From: an uncultured Chloroflexia bacterium
GTDB lineage: Bacteria; Chloroflexota; Dehalococcoidia; UBA2979
Assembly (NCBI GenBank): GCA_963728205.1
Contig: CAVSIV010000006.1
Span: 160,001 to 224,000, forward strand
Reading direction: 5' to 3'
Length of the DNA stretch: 64,000 bases
Positions 41,082 through 51,058 of this stretch are shown here, piece after piece. Positions within the stretch are counted from its first letter, which is position 1, and each line of letters opens with the position of its first letter. The notes beneath the pieces are model-generated. The model worked only from the letters and a program-made list of their open reading frames with translations, made no database searches and was not told the DNA's origin. Position numbers and translations under genes: made by a program.

Positions 41082-44000
41082 TCAAACTCGGGGGATCTGG
41101 AGCCTCAAGCTGTCGAGTGCTGCGCCAGAAATCACGCGGGCGTACTCCGACTGGACGGCCGCCGACGGCTCCTCCCCGAGCTCGTCCCTCAGCGCATCGT
41201 GATACCGGCGGTATACCCGCGCGGCTAACTCCAAGTGCCCACCACGGGAGTGAGCCTGCATCTGATAGCGGACTGCATCTTCGTTCAACGGGTCGATCGC
41301 AAGAATCGAATCCGTGAGGACAATCACCTCAGGAAACTCTGACCGGCGCAGCGCCTGGACGGCCAGTGTGACGAGCGACGCGACGTAACGGTCCTCATAC
41401 TGGCGACGCGTCTCACTTGCCCACTCCGTTTGGAACGGTTCAGCAAACGGCCCGCGGTAAAGCCGAATCGCGGCGAGAACCTCATCGAGCCAACGTTTGC
41501 CGCCCGGTCGTTCGCGCTCGGCAGCCGACATGTGGGTTTCAAATTCGCGAGCGTCGTACGCGATGTCGAACGCGTCGCTTACCTGATATCCCTCGTCCGA
41601 CTGGACGACGATCTGGCGGTCGATTGCCTTCCGCAGCCGGTAGAGGGTCGAGTGGAAGGCGCTGTTGATTTGGTCCTGTGCCGCGTCAGGCCACAACTCG
41701 AGCGCGATTTGCTCCTTGCGCAATGGCCGTCCGGAGTGCAGTAGGAAGAAGAACATCTCCTTGCTGCGCTCGCTTCGCCACTCCAAGTCGCTTACCTGAC
41801 GCCCCCCCATGAGCACACGCGGCGTTCCAAACGCTTCTGCGCGGATCTGCGACGTGGACGCTGGTGTCGTCGGGAAGGCCGGCTCGGCTCCGCGCACTCG
41901 CGGAATCCGGTCTCGGAGGGTCTTGAAGTAATCACCGCCAGCTCGACGAGCCACGGCGAACTCGACCAACTCAATATGTTGACGCGCTTCGACATAGAGG
42001 AACTCGTCATAGCCAACACGACCCGCGAGATTCGCAACCTGCTCGAGCTCCTGCACCGCGCGGCTGCGTTGCCGGTTGGCGAGGTGGGCGGCCGCCAATC
42101 GGAGCCTCGCAATCGCCTCCTCGCGGGGTTCTTCTGCTTCGCGGGCATCAGCCACGGACTGATTGAGGACGCTAGTCGCAGCCTCGATCCGCCCTTCCGC
42201 GAGAAGAACCGCGCCGAGCGCGCTCCTGAATTGAGCACGAAACAGCAGCATCCCCCCCTGTTCAGCCGTTCGCAGCCCGTGTTCGAGCAGGGAACGCGCG
42301 CGGGTCAGTTCCCCTTGCTCCCGATACACCAGCGCAAGGCCCAAAGTCGCACCCATGATTAACGGCGGGTCATCGATGTCCTGCGCGGCCTTGAGAGCCA
42401 GGGTCCGAAGAGAGGCAGCAGTCTGCAGTCCCCCAGATCGTGCTCCACGGCAGCGAGGTTCTCGTGGCCATAGGCTTCACCTCGTGCGTAGTGCAAATCC
42501 CGCGACCGCTGGATCACGGCGTTGAATGTGTCGCGAGCCGTCTCAAGCTCGCTCATGATCTTTTGCAACTCGCCGATGTTGCCCATCGTCGTCACTTGTT
42601 GCCTGAGGTCTCCGACCGCGCGCCATAGCCGCTGGGACGTCGTGAAGGCCTTCATCGCACCGGCAAGCTCACCGGTGTACCCGAGGCAGTCTGCCGAGCC
42701 CGTCGTAGCATTCAGCGGATCGGTGCTGATCGCCCAACTCCTCGAAGGCACGGGCTCCCCGTTCGAAGTTCTCGCGTGCCCGGTCGAACAAGCCGCTGAC
42801 GCCGAGAGCGATGCCTTCTTCCAAGTCGAGTTCGGCATGAACTTCGGGTTCGTCTACGGACTCCCGCGCAATTCCCCTGGCAGTCCGGCACGCCTCGAGC
42901 GCGTCCGTCAACCGACCCAGATGCCGCAAACCGACAGAGCGATATATCTCGCGTTTTACCTGCTGACTCGGGCTAAGACCGCGCTCGTCCACCGCTTCGA
43001 GCGTGCGAGGCCGCGGTGTCCCTCGCCCGATTTGAGAGCGTGCCGAGCGCGAGCCAAGGCGAGTTCGGTCTCCGAACGCAGCACGTCTTCGGGTAGCCGG
43101 TCCAGCCACCCGACAAGGGTCGACCATTCACCCCGCTGATAGAGCTCGTCACGCAGGTCTAGTATTTCGGGGACAGCCTCCGACCAATCCTTAGCATCAA
43201 GTGCCATCTCAACCGCTTCCCGCCGCATGCCGCGCCGGGCGTACAGGGCAGCAGACGATCGGCGGAGTTCCAGAATCCTCTCCGGATCCTCACGCTCCAT
43301 ACGCGACACCAAGTGCTCACGGAGGATGGAATGGATGCGGTACCAGTTCCCGTCCTCTAGTCGAACTATCAGATGGGTAGCGCGCTCTACGCTCACGCAA
43401 TCTCCGAGCAGCATCACTGTGTCCGCTCAACTCTCGGACGAGGGGCACGTCGAATGACTGCAGTACCGCGCAGGACTCGAGCAGGTCGAGCTGCTCGCTT
43501 GCGAGCCGCGCGAGCACCTCCTGATCGACAAAGTCCGCGAGGATGAACTCTGACGCTGAGGTGTCGCTGGGCCGCGTAGGGTCCGCATGTTCGCCAAGAA
43601 TCGCAAGTGCCGCCGCCCACCCATCAGCTCTGCGGATCACGGATGCCTGGGCAACACCCTCGGTGACGCCAAGCACCCGTAGCAGTTCCAGTGCTTCGTC
43701 GTCGGAGAATTGCAGATCGCGCACGGTAAGGCTCAGCGCCCTCCGCTGGGCAGTGAGACGGGGGAGGGAGGGAAGGAGCGTCCACGAGCGCGTCAAAACA
43801 ACCAGGCGCATGCTCAACGGCAAGCCCTGAGCCAGGGTATCGAGCAGCTCGAGCGCGGCGTCGGCTCCCTCAAGCGCGTTCAAGTCGTCGACCACGAGGA
43901 TGAAGAGCTCATCCACTGACTGGTGGATCACAGCGGCGAACTCAGACACGAGCGCGCTCGGGTCGGCCCGTTCGCCAACGTTCTCCAGACGTTCGGCAAA

Positions 44001-44305
44001 TGCCTGAAGCTCGTCCGGCGCGATCCCGCGCACTGCGCTCGTGAGGTTCGCCAGGAGCGCTAGCGGGTCGCGATCCTGCCGGTCGAGTGACAACCAGCAC
44101 GCGGGCAACCCAACCTCGGCGAGCCAGTCAACCGCCAGCGTTGACTTTCCGTAGCCCGCTGGTGCGCTGACGACGATCACGTCGTGCTCGAGCGCGTCGG
44201 AGAGGATGCGGTGCAAGCGGTCGCGGCGAATCGTGTCTGCCCGCCGACGCGGAGGCGTCAGTCGGGCGAACTACTCAAGAACTTCGGTGGGCGCTTCGCA
44301 GTCAT
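41082..44305 (-). CDS. Large MalT-like ATPase/TPR/winged-helix/BTAD transcriptional regulator, multiple frameshifts
   Basis: APAGYGKS, WLSLD..DRD, VVDD, DGWAAAL, WYRIH, TPR-like helices, LWPD...FHSTLYRLRKA, YRGPF, DPLNE, ELGEEPS. Confidence 0.88.
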
Positions 44306-44436
44306 CGCCAACCCCTCAGGTAACTGTAGGGGTGAAAAATACGGCGCGTCATTACCGGACGGCTCTCAGGGGGGCTGGTGCCCGCGCGCTACCCTGCGCT
44401 CGCCCACTCAGCGCCCCCCGGGGGAAGGATTGCCAC

Positions 44437-45192
44437 ATGCCATACGTCGACCGCGACGGCGTCCAGGTCTACTACGAGAGCCACGGCGACGGTCCGGCCG
44501 TGCTGCTCAGCCACGGCTACTCGTCGACGTCGCACATGTGGGCCGGCCAGGTGGAGGCGCTCGCCGGCGACTACCGCCTCATCACCTGGGACATGCGCGG
44601 CCACGGCAGGACCGACAGCCCCGACGACCGGGACGCCTACAGCGAGCAGGCCACCGTGGAGGACATGGCGGCCATCCTCGCGGCCTGCGGCGAGGAGCGC
44701 GCGGTGATCGGCGGGCTCTCGCTCGGCGGCTACATGTCGCTCGCCTTCTACCTCGCCCACCCCGAGATGACCCGCGCCCTCATGCTCTTCGACACCGGCC
44801 CCGGCTACCGCAACCCGAAGGCGCGCGAGGGCTGGAACGAGACCGCCGTTCGCCGCGCCGAGCGCTTCGAGGAGCGCGGGCTCGACGCCCTCGGCGGCGG
44901 CGACGAGGTCCGGCGCGACCTCCATCGCTCCGCGACCGGCCTCGCCAACGCCGCGCGCGGCATGCTCGCGCAGTTCGACGACCGCGTGATCTCGTCGCTC
45001 GACCAGGTCAGCGTCCCGACGCTCGTGCTCGTCGGCGCGAACGACGAGCCGTTCCTCGCCGGCACCGACTACATGGTGAACAAGATCCCCGGCGCGACGA
45101 AGGTCGTGATCGCCGACGCCGGCCACGCGTCGAACATCCACCAGCCGGCGGCGTTCAACGACGCCGTGCGGTCGTTCCTCGCGACCCTCTAG
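44437..45192 (+). CDS. Alpha/beta hydrolase
   Basis: HGY, WDMRGHG, GLSLGG, AGH. Confidence 0.9.
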   Translation: MPYVDRDGVQVYYESHGDGPAVLLSHGYSSTSHMWAGQVEALAGDYRLITWDMRGHGRTDSPDDRDAYSEQATVEDMAAILAACGEERAVIGGLSLGGYMSLAFYLAHPEMTRALMLFDTGPGYRNPKAREGWNETAVRRAERFEERGLDALGGGDEVRRDLHRSATGLANAARGMLAQFDDRVISSLDQVSVPTLVLVGANDEPFLAGTDYMVNKIPGATKVVIADAGHASNIHQPAAFNDAVRSFLATL

Positions 45193-45196
45193 CGGC

Positions 45197-45733
45197 GTGC
45201 CCGACGCGCCGTCGCCGCGGCTCGTGATCGCGGTGGCCGGCGGGCAGGACGCCGGCGCCGAGGCGCTGCGGCAGGCCCACGAGGTCGGCCGCACGCTCGG
45301 CGCGCTCGGCCATGTCACGCTCACCGGCGGGCGCGGCGGCGTGATGGAGGCGGCCTCGCGCGGCGCGCAGGAGGCCGGCGGCCTCGTGCTCGCCATCCTC
45401 CCGGGCGACGACGCGAGCGAGGCTAACCCCTACGTCGACATCCCCGTCGTCACCGGCCTCGGCCTCGCGCGCAACACGATCGTCGCGCGCACGGCGCAGG
45501 CGCTGATCGCGATCGACGGGCAGTACGGCACGCTCTCCGAGATCGCGTTCGCGCTGATCGCCGGCACGCCGGTCGTCGGGCTCGGCACGTGGGAGGCGCG
45601 CGACGCCGCCGGCACGGCGGCGCCGGTGGTGCCGGCGGCGTCGCCGCTCGACGCCGTGGAGATCGCGGTGCGGCTCGCGAGCGGCCGGCCGCCGCGACGG
45701 CGCGCCTCGCCGCGCGACCGTCCGCGGGGGTAG
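45197..45733 (+). CDS. TIGR00725/LOG-like (SLOG) protein
   Basis: GGRGGVMEAA, TGLGLARN, GQYGTLSEI. Confidence 0.85.
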   Translation: MPDAPSPRLVIAVAGGQDAGAEALRQAHEVGRTLGALGHVTLTGGRGGVMEAASRGAQEAGGLVLAILPGDDASEANPYVDIPVVTGLGLARNTIVARTAQALIAIDGQYGTLSEIAFALIAGTPVVGLGTWEARDAAGTAAPVVPAASPLDAVEIAVRLASGRPPRRRASPRDRPRG

Positions 45734-45791
45734 CCTGCCGCCGCCGCGGGCGGCATGCTCGCACCGCGACCACCGGGGCGGAGGAGGCGCG

Positions 45792-46196
45792 ATGACGGCC
45801 GACACCGAGCGCGAGCCCGACTTCATCTCCTGGGTCGGCTTCCAGACCACCGACCGCCGCGAGGGCTACGTGCTCTCGGAGCTCGACGTCGCGCCGCGCC
45901 ACCTCAACCCCTACGGCACCCTCCACGGCGGCGTCCTCTACGCGATGGCCGACACCGGCATGGGCGCGGCGCTCGCGGGGACGCTGGCGGCCGGGGAGAC
46001 CTCCGCGACGATCGAGATCAACATCGTCTACATCGCGGCCGTGACCTCCGGCCGCGTGCGCTGCGCGACGCGCGTCGTGCACCGCGGCAGCCGCATCGCG
46101 ACGCTGGAGTGCGAGCTGCACAACGACTCCGAGCGCGGCGAGCGGCTCGTGGCGAAGGCGCTGGGCACGTTCGCCGTCGTCCAGGTCCGCTCGTAG
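45792..46196 (+). CDS. PaaI-family thioesterase
   Basis: HLNPYGTLHGGVLYAMAD. Confidence 0.9.
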   Translation: MTADTEREPDFISWVGFQTTDRREGYVLSELDVAPRHLNPYGTLHGGVLYAMADTGMGAALAGTLAAGETSATIEINIVYIAAVTSGRVRCATRVVHRGSRIATLECELHNDSERGERLVAKALGTFAVVQVRS

Positions 46197-46295
46197 CGCC
46201 CGCGGCGCGACGCGTACGGGCGGCGGCGGGCGCTGTGGCCGACTGTCGTCCCGCGGACACTTCCCGCGCACCCGAAACCGCGTAGAATCCGGCGC

Positions 46296-46433
46296 ATGAA
46301 CCGACTCGCTCGAGCCTGTACCCACGTCGCCGTTCCGGCGTTCGCGCTCGTCGCGATCGCCGCCGGCGCGCTGCTCGCGAGCCCGCTCGTGTTCATCTGG
46401 GGCATGTCGGCGCAGCGGATGCTGTTCCGCTAG
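46296..46433 (+). CDS. Small hydrophobic peptide, 45 aa, MNRLARACTHVAVPAFALVAIAAGALLASPLVFIWGMSAQRMLFR
   Basis: TAGAAT 7 nt before ATG (leaderless); GC3-rich codons; VFIWGM motif. Confidence 0.68.
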   Translation: MNRLARACTHVAVPAFALVAIAAGALLASPLVFIWGMSAQRMLFR

Positions 46434-46518
46434 CCGCCCAGGGGCCGGGCCGGGATTCTCGCGTCGCGGTCGAGGCGAGCGCACACCGCTCGCCGTTTCG
46501 TCGTGTCCGCCTCCGGCC

Positions 46519-47325
46519 CTAGCTGCCCAGCACCGCGCGCCACGACGCGGCGTCGAAGCCGCCGTCGAGGTGGATGGTCTGGCCGATGAGCATCGGCGCC
46601 TGGTCCGAGCACACCCACGCCACCGCCGCCGCCACGTCCTCGGGCGCGACGTTGCGCCCGGCCGGGACGTGCGGCCGCACGCGGTCCGAGGTCTCCGCGC
46701 GGTAGGAGTGCTCGCCCTCGGAGCCCTCGACCCAGCCGGCCGACACCGCGTTGACGCGGATACCGCGCGGGGCGAGCTCGACGGCGAGGTACATGGTGAG
46801 CGACGCCAGCGCGGCCTTGCTCACGCCGACGGCGGAGTAGTCGGGCATGTAGTGGAAGGCGCCGGGCGAGAGCAGGTTGACCACCGCGCCGCCGCCGCGC
46901 GCCTCCATCAGCGGCGCGGCGGCCTGCACCGCGCCCCACGGGCCGAAGACGTTGACGTCCATCGTGCGGTGGAGGTGCTTCGGGCGCTGCTCGATCGCCG
47001 GCCGCGGGCGCTCGAGGCCGCGCGCGGCGTTGTTCACGAGGATGTCGAGCCCGCCCCACGCCGCGCCGACGTGCGCGAACAGCGCGTCGACCGCGGCCGC
47101 GTCGCCGACGTCGGCCTGGCGCGTCTCGGACTCCACGCCGAGCGCGCGGCAGTCGGCGGCGGTCTGCTCGGCCGCCTCCGCGGAGCGCGCGTAGTTCACG
47201 AGGACGTGCGCGCCCTCGCGCGCGAGGCGCAGCGCGATGGCGCGGCCGATGCCGCGCGAGCCGCCGAGCACGACGGCGCGCTTGCCGGCGAGGGAGGGGT
47301 AGCGGGGGCCGGTGGGGTCGGTCAT
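46519..47325 (-). CDS. SDR oxidoreductase (FabL-like)
   Basis: GGSRGIG, LVNNAA, Y....VSK, GIRVNAVS. Confidence 0.88.
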   Translation of the reverse strand: MTDPTGPRYPSLAGKRAVVLGGSRGIGRAIALRLAREGAHVLVNYARSAEAAEQTAADCRALGVESETRQADVGDAAAVDALFAHVGAAWGGLDILVNNAARGLERPRPAIEQRPKHLHRTMDVNVFGPWGAVQAAAPLMEARGGGAVVNLLSPGAFHYMPDYSAVGVSKAALASLTMYLAVELAPRGIRVNAVSAGWVEGSEGEHSYRAETSDRVRPHVPAGRNVAPEDVAAAVAWVCSDQAPMLIGQTIHLDGGFDAASWRAVLGS

Positions 47326-47386
47326 GCGACGGAGTATCGCGGGCGGCCGGGAGAGCGTCGATAGCGGCCGCACGGCTCGAGCCGGC

Positions 47387-48253
47387 TCACGCGCGCCGTC
47401 CGCTCCCCGGCCCGAGGTGCTCGAGCCCCGCCCGCACCTCGGCGGTCAACGCGATGCCCATGCGGCGCCCGTCCGGGAACCGGTCGGTCCGATCCCAGCG
47501 CCACGCCGCGACCATCGCGACGGAGAGGATGCGGCAGGCTCGGAGCAGCTCCGGGTCCGCGCCCCGGTACCGCTCGCCGACGGCCGCGGGCGCGTGGACG
47601 ACGTCGAACTCGACGGGCCCGCGGCAGCACGTCTCGAGGTCGATGAAGAGCAGCCCGTCGCGCGTGCCCAGGAGGTTGCCGGGATGCGGCTCGCCGTGCA
47701 GCAGCTGCTCGGCGGCGCCGCGCGCTGCGATCGCGGCGACCATCCCGTCCAGCGCGCCGACCAGCAGCGCCCGGTCGGCGTCGCCGAGGTCCGGGGTCGC
47801 CTCGGCCTCGGCGACGAGCCGCCGCGCCTCCGCCACGCGATCCGTGAAGCGCGGCGCATCGAGCGCAATCTCGCGCAGCCCCGCGTGCAGCCGCTCGAGC
47901 GCCCGGGCGTAGGCGCCCGGGGCGACGTCCTGCGACGCCGTCGGCTCGTAGTAGCGCCACAGCGTGACGACGAAGCCGTCGCGCGCGTACGCCCGCGGCT
48001 CGACGCGCGGGTCGAGGCCGGCCACCGGGGCGTCCGTCTCCGCCAGCCGCCGCGCGACCTCGATCTCGAACTCCGCGCCGGCGCGCGACGCCGGCGTCGC
48101 GATCGCGACGCGCGCGAGCACGTCGCACGGGAGCAGCCGCACGGCGATCCGGTTCGACACCCAGAGGACGGCGGCGTCGTCGGCCGCCAGGCCGAGCGCC
48201 GAGGCGGTCGACATCGCGGCAGCCACGGCGGGCCGCACGAGCGACGGTTGCAT
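47387..48253 (-). CDS. Aminoglycoside phosphotransferase-like kinase
   Basis: LLHGEPHPGN, FIDLE, GPVEFD. Confidence 0.8.
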   Translation of the reverse strand: MQPSLVRPAVAAAMSTASALGLAADDAAVLWVSNRIAVRLLPCDVLARVAIATPASRAGAEFEIEVARRLAETDAPVAGLDPRVEPRAYARDGFVVTLWRYYEPTASQDVAPGAYARALERLHAGLREIALDAPRFTDRVAEARRLVAEAEATPDLGDADRALLVGALDGMVAAIAARGAAEQLLHGEPHPGNLLGTRDGLLFIDLETCCRGPVEFDVVHAPAAVGERYRGADPELLRACRILSVAMVAAWRWDRTDRFPDGRRMGIALTAEVRAGLEHLGPGSGRRA

Positions 48254-48396
48254 CGCGGATCACCTCCGGGCCCTGCGTGGGAAGCACGGCTGCGCTCGCC
48301 GCAGGCTACGCCCCGCCGCGTGCGGGGACTCGCGCTGCCGGTCGCTCGCGGCCCGAACGCCCCGTCGTGCCGCACCCGGGCCGCTATCATCCGCGC

Positions 48397-48921
48397 GTGA
48401 GCGACCTGATTGCCGACCTCTACCGCCAGAACGAGTGGGCGAACCTGCGGCTGATCGACGTCTGCCGCGGGCTCAGCGACGACCAGCTCGACGCGACGGC
48501 CGTCGGCGCGTACGGCTCGATACGGCGCACGCTGATGCACATCGCCTTCGGCGAAGTGAACTCCGTCACGCTGCTCGGGGCCACGCCGGCGCACAGCGTG
48601 ACCCGGGAACAGCCCTGGGTCGGCTTCGACGCCCTCGCGCAGGTCGTGCGCGCGACGGCCGCGGGGCTGGTCGAACGAGCGCGCGCGGTCGGCGGCACGA
48701 CGCTCGTCCTGCCCGACGACCGGGGCGACCCGGACAGGGCCTACGAGATCGACGCCAACGTGCTGCTGATCCAGGCGATCAACCACAGCACCGAGCACCG
48801 CAGCCAGGTCTGCACCGTGCTCACCACGCTCGGCGTCCTGCCGCGCGAGAGCGGCGGCGAGACGATCGTCGACGCGTGGACGTGGGCCGAGGCGGACGGC
48901 CGCGCGCGTCCCGTCGGGTAG
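48397..48921 (+). CDS. DinB family protein
   Basis: NEWAN, SIRRTLMHI, INHSTEHRSQ; TATCAT 6 nt before GTG. Confidence 0.85.
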   Translation: MSDLIADLYRQNEWANLRLIDVCRGLSDDQLDATAVGAYGSIRRTLMHIAFGEVNSVTLLGATPAHSVTREQPWVGFDALAQVVRATAAGLVERARAVGGTTLVLPDDRGDPDRAYEIDANVLLIQAINHSTEHRSQVCTVLTTLGVLPRESGGETIVDAWTWAEADGRARPVG

Positions 48922-49054
48922 GCGGGCGCGAGCCCCGCGAGCGCGGCAACGAGCCCACGAAACTCCACGATTTCCCGACGCGCGGGGACGCCCCGTGCCC
49001 CCGCGAACCCCGACCATGACCGCAGGCAAACCTGTAGCCGGGGGGCAACGCCGC

Positions 49055-49834
49055 ATGACCGCCGTCGAAGACCTCCTGCATCGAGGCCTGATCGCCTTCG
49101 TGGAGCGCGTCCACGGCGCGATGGTCGCGGCCACGGCGTTCGCGCTGTACGCGGGCGCGGGGCTGCTGCTGCCGCTCGCGCGGCACTGGCCGGCGCCCGT
49201 GCTGGCGTATGCGAACTTCGTCGCGACGATGTTCGCCGCCTTCCTCATCCTCGCGTGGCTCGAGGTGCAGCTGCGGGCGCGGGACCGCCGCCACCTCCTC
49301 GAGTGGACGACGAACCTGCGGCTGCTGTCGTCCGAGGAGTTCGAGTGGTTCGTCGGCGAGCTCTTCCGTCGCGACGGCTGGAGCGTCCGCGAGACCGGGA
49401 GGCAGGGCGCGGGGGATGGCAACGTCGACCTGAAGTTAGAGCGCGGCACGGAGCGGCGGCTCGTGCAGTGCAAGCGGTGGTCGTCGTGGAGCGTCGGCGT
49501 CGACGACATCCGGCGCTTCGCGGGGACGCTGATGCGCGAGGGCCTGCCCGGCCCGGCCGGCGTGTTCGTGACGCTGTCGTCGTTCACCGAGCAGGCGGCG
49601 GCGGAGGCCGCGCGCACGGGGATGACGCTCGTCAACGGCCCCGACCTGCTGGCGCGAGCGGAGCAGGCGCGGCGCGCGGAACCCTGCCCCGTGTGCCGCC
49701 GGCCGATGCTGCTCGACCGCTCGCCGCGCGGGTGGTGGTTCCGCTGCACGTGGGCACGCTGCGGCGGCAAGCGCGACCTCGGCAACGAGCCCGGCGCGGC
49801 GGTGGACCTGCTGACGGCCGGTCCCGCGCTCTGA
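49055..49834 (+). CDS. Mrr-like type IV restriction endonuclease with N-terminal TM helices and C-terminal Zn finger
   Basis: EFE, DGNVD, LVQCKRW, FVT.SSFT, CPVC...C..C. Confidence 0.85.
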   Translation: MTAVEDLLHRGLIAFVERVHGAMVAATAFALYAGAGLLLPLARHWPAPVLAYANFVATMFAAFLILAWLEVQLRARDRRHLLEWTTNLRLLSSEEFEWFVGELFRRDGWSVRETGRQGAGDGNVDLKLERGTERRLVQCKRWSSWSVGVDDIRRFAGTLMREGLPGPAGVFVTLSSFTEQAAAEAARTGMTLVNGPDLLARAEQARRAEPCPVCRRPMLLDRSPRGWWFRCTWARCGGKRDLGNEPGAAVDLLTAGPAL

Positions 49835-49937
49835 GCTCAGTCGCGGCCATCCGGCGAGCGCGGGCCATATGGCCTGTGCCGACGGCTCAGAGCGGTGACA
49901 GGCTCGACCATGAGCACGGGGCGGGTTTGCCCCGCCG

Positions 49938-50555
49938 CTACACGGTCGCCCGCGCCACCGTGTAGTCCGGGCCCTGCTTCAGCTTCTCGTAGTTGCCGAA
50001 GTGCTCCTGGATCACGCGCTGCACGAAACGGCGCATGCCGGTGAGGCCGACCAGGTACAGCCGCCCCCCGGGCAGCAGCCGGTCGCGGGCGTCGGCGATC
50101 ATCAGCGTGAGCATCTCGTTGCCGGCGCGCGCGGGGATGTTCGACGCGACGAGCGTGAAGCGCCGCGCGGGGTCGACGTCGCGGAAGCCGTTGCTGAGCA
50201 TCGCCTCGGCGTTCGCGATGCCGTTCGCCGCGGCGTTCTTGCGCGCGTACTCCACCGCGACGAAGTCCTTGTCGAGCAAGAGCGTGCGCCCGCGCGGCGC
50301 GAGGCGCGCCAGCGTCAGCCCGATCGCGCCGTAGCCGCAGCCGACGTCGACGCAATCGTCGTCCTCGCGCACCTCGATGCGGTCGAGCAGCAGGCGCGTG
50401 CCGGAGTCAATCTCGCGCGGCGAGAAGAGGCCCCACGTGCTGCGCAGGTGCAGGCGCTGGCCGGCGAGGTCGGCGTCGAGCTCGATGTCGGCGCGGAGCC
50501 GGTCGAGCGCGGCGGCGCGCGCGCGGGCGGGGTCGTCGGCTGGCGGCTCCGTCAC
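49938..50555 (-). CDS. Small (RsmC/MTS-like) SAM methyltransferase
   Basis: GLFS...IDSGTRLL, DVGCGYG, SNIP. Confidence 0.88.
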   Translation of the reverse strand: MTEPPADDPARARAAALDRLRADIELDADLAGQRLHLRSTWGLFSPREIDSGTRLLLDRIEVREDDDCVDVGCGYGAIGLTLARLAPRGRTLLLDKDFVAVEYARKNAAANGIANAEAMLSNGFRDVDPARRFTLVASNIPARAGNEMLTLMIADARDRLLPGGRLYLVGLTGMRRFVQRVIQEHFGNYEKLKQGPDYTVARATV

Positions 50556-51058
50556 GAGCCGGCGGGCGGGGGCGGCGGGGCGGGCGCCGGCTGCAGGCTG
50601 AACGGTCCGCGCGCGGGCGGGACGAGGACGCCGAGCGCCCACTCGTAGCCGTCCGGGTCGCGCACGAGCACTTCGCGCCAGCCGTGGCCCTTGTTCACGG
50701 GCGGCGCCACGACATCGGCGCCGTGGGCGGCGGCGCGCTCCGCGATCACGTCCGGGTCGCGCGTGCCGAGCAGCCGGATCTGCGCGCCGATCCCGCGCTG
50801 CGCGCCGGCCGCGAGCGCGGCGAACCACGGGTGGCCGTCGTGCGTGTGGTCGGCGTGCAGCATCACCTCGGCCGCGCCGACGCGCACCGCGGCGAAGTCG
50901 ACGTCGACGTAGTGCACCTCGGCGTCGAGCACGTCGCGGTAGAAGTCGGCGGCGCGCGCGGTGTCGCGCACGATCAGGTTGAGCGAGAGCTCCGGCAGCA
51001 GCGCGCCGTAGCGAAAGCCGGGCATCCACGGGACCATGTCGTCGGGTCGCTGCTTCAC
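50552..51058 (-). CDS. VOC/glyoxalase family protein
   Basis: LIVRD...FYRDVL, HGWRE..VRDPDGYEW. Confidence 0.85.
   Translation of the reverse strand: MKQRPDDMVPWMPGFRYGALLPELSLNLIVRDTARAADFYRDVLDAEVHYVDVDFAAVRVGAAEVMLHADHTHDGHPWFAALAAGAQRGIGAQIRLLGTRDPDVIAERAAAHGADVVAPPVNKGHGWREVLVRDPDGYEWALGVLVPPARGPFSLQPAPAPPPPPAGS

Noticed and set aside
36420-44370. Prophage or integrative element
   Set aside because: No integrase, phage structural genes, tRNA target or flanking direct repeats were recognised.
40783-46407. 16-bp inverted match TTCATCTGGGGCATGT as recombination or att sites
   Set aside because: No recombinase is nearby and the sites do not mark GC boundaries. Both are in frame in similar small ORFs and use the preferred codons for FIWGM, so peptide conservation explains them better.
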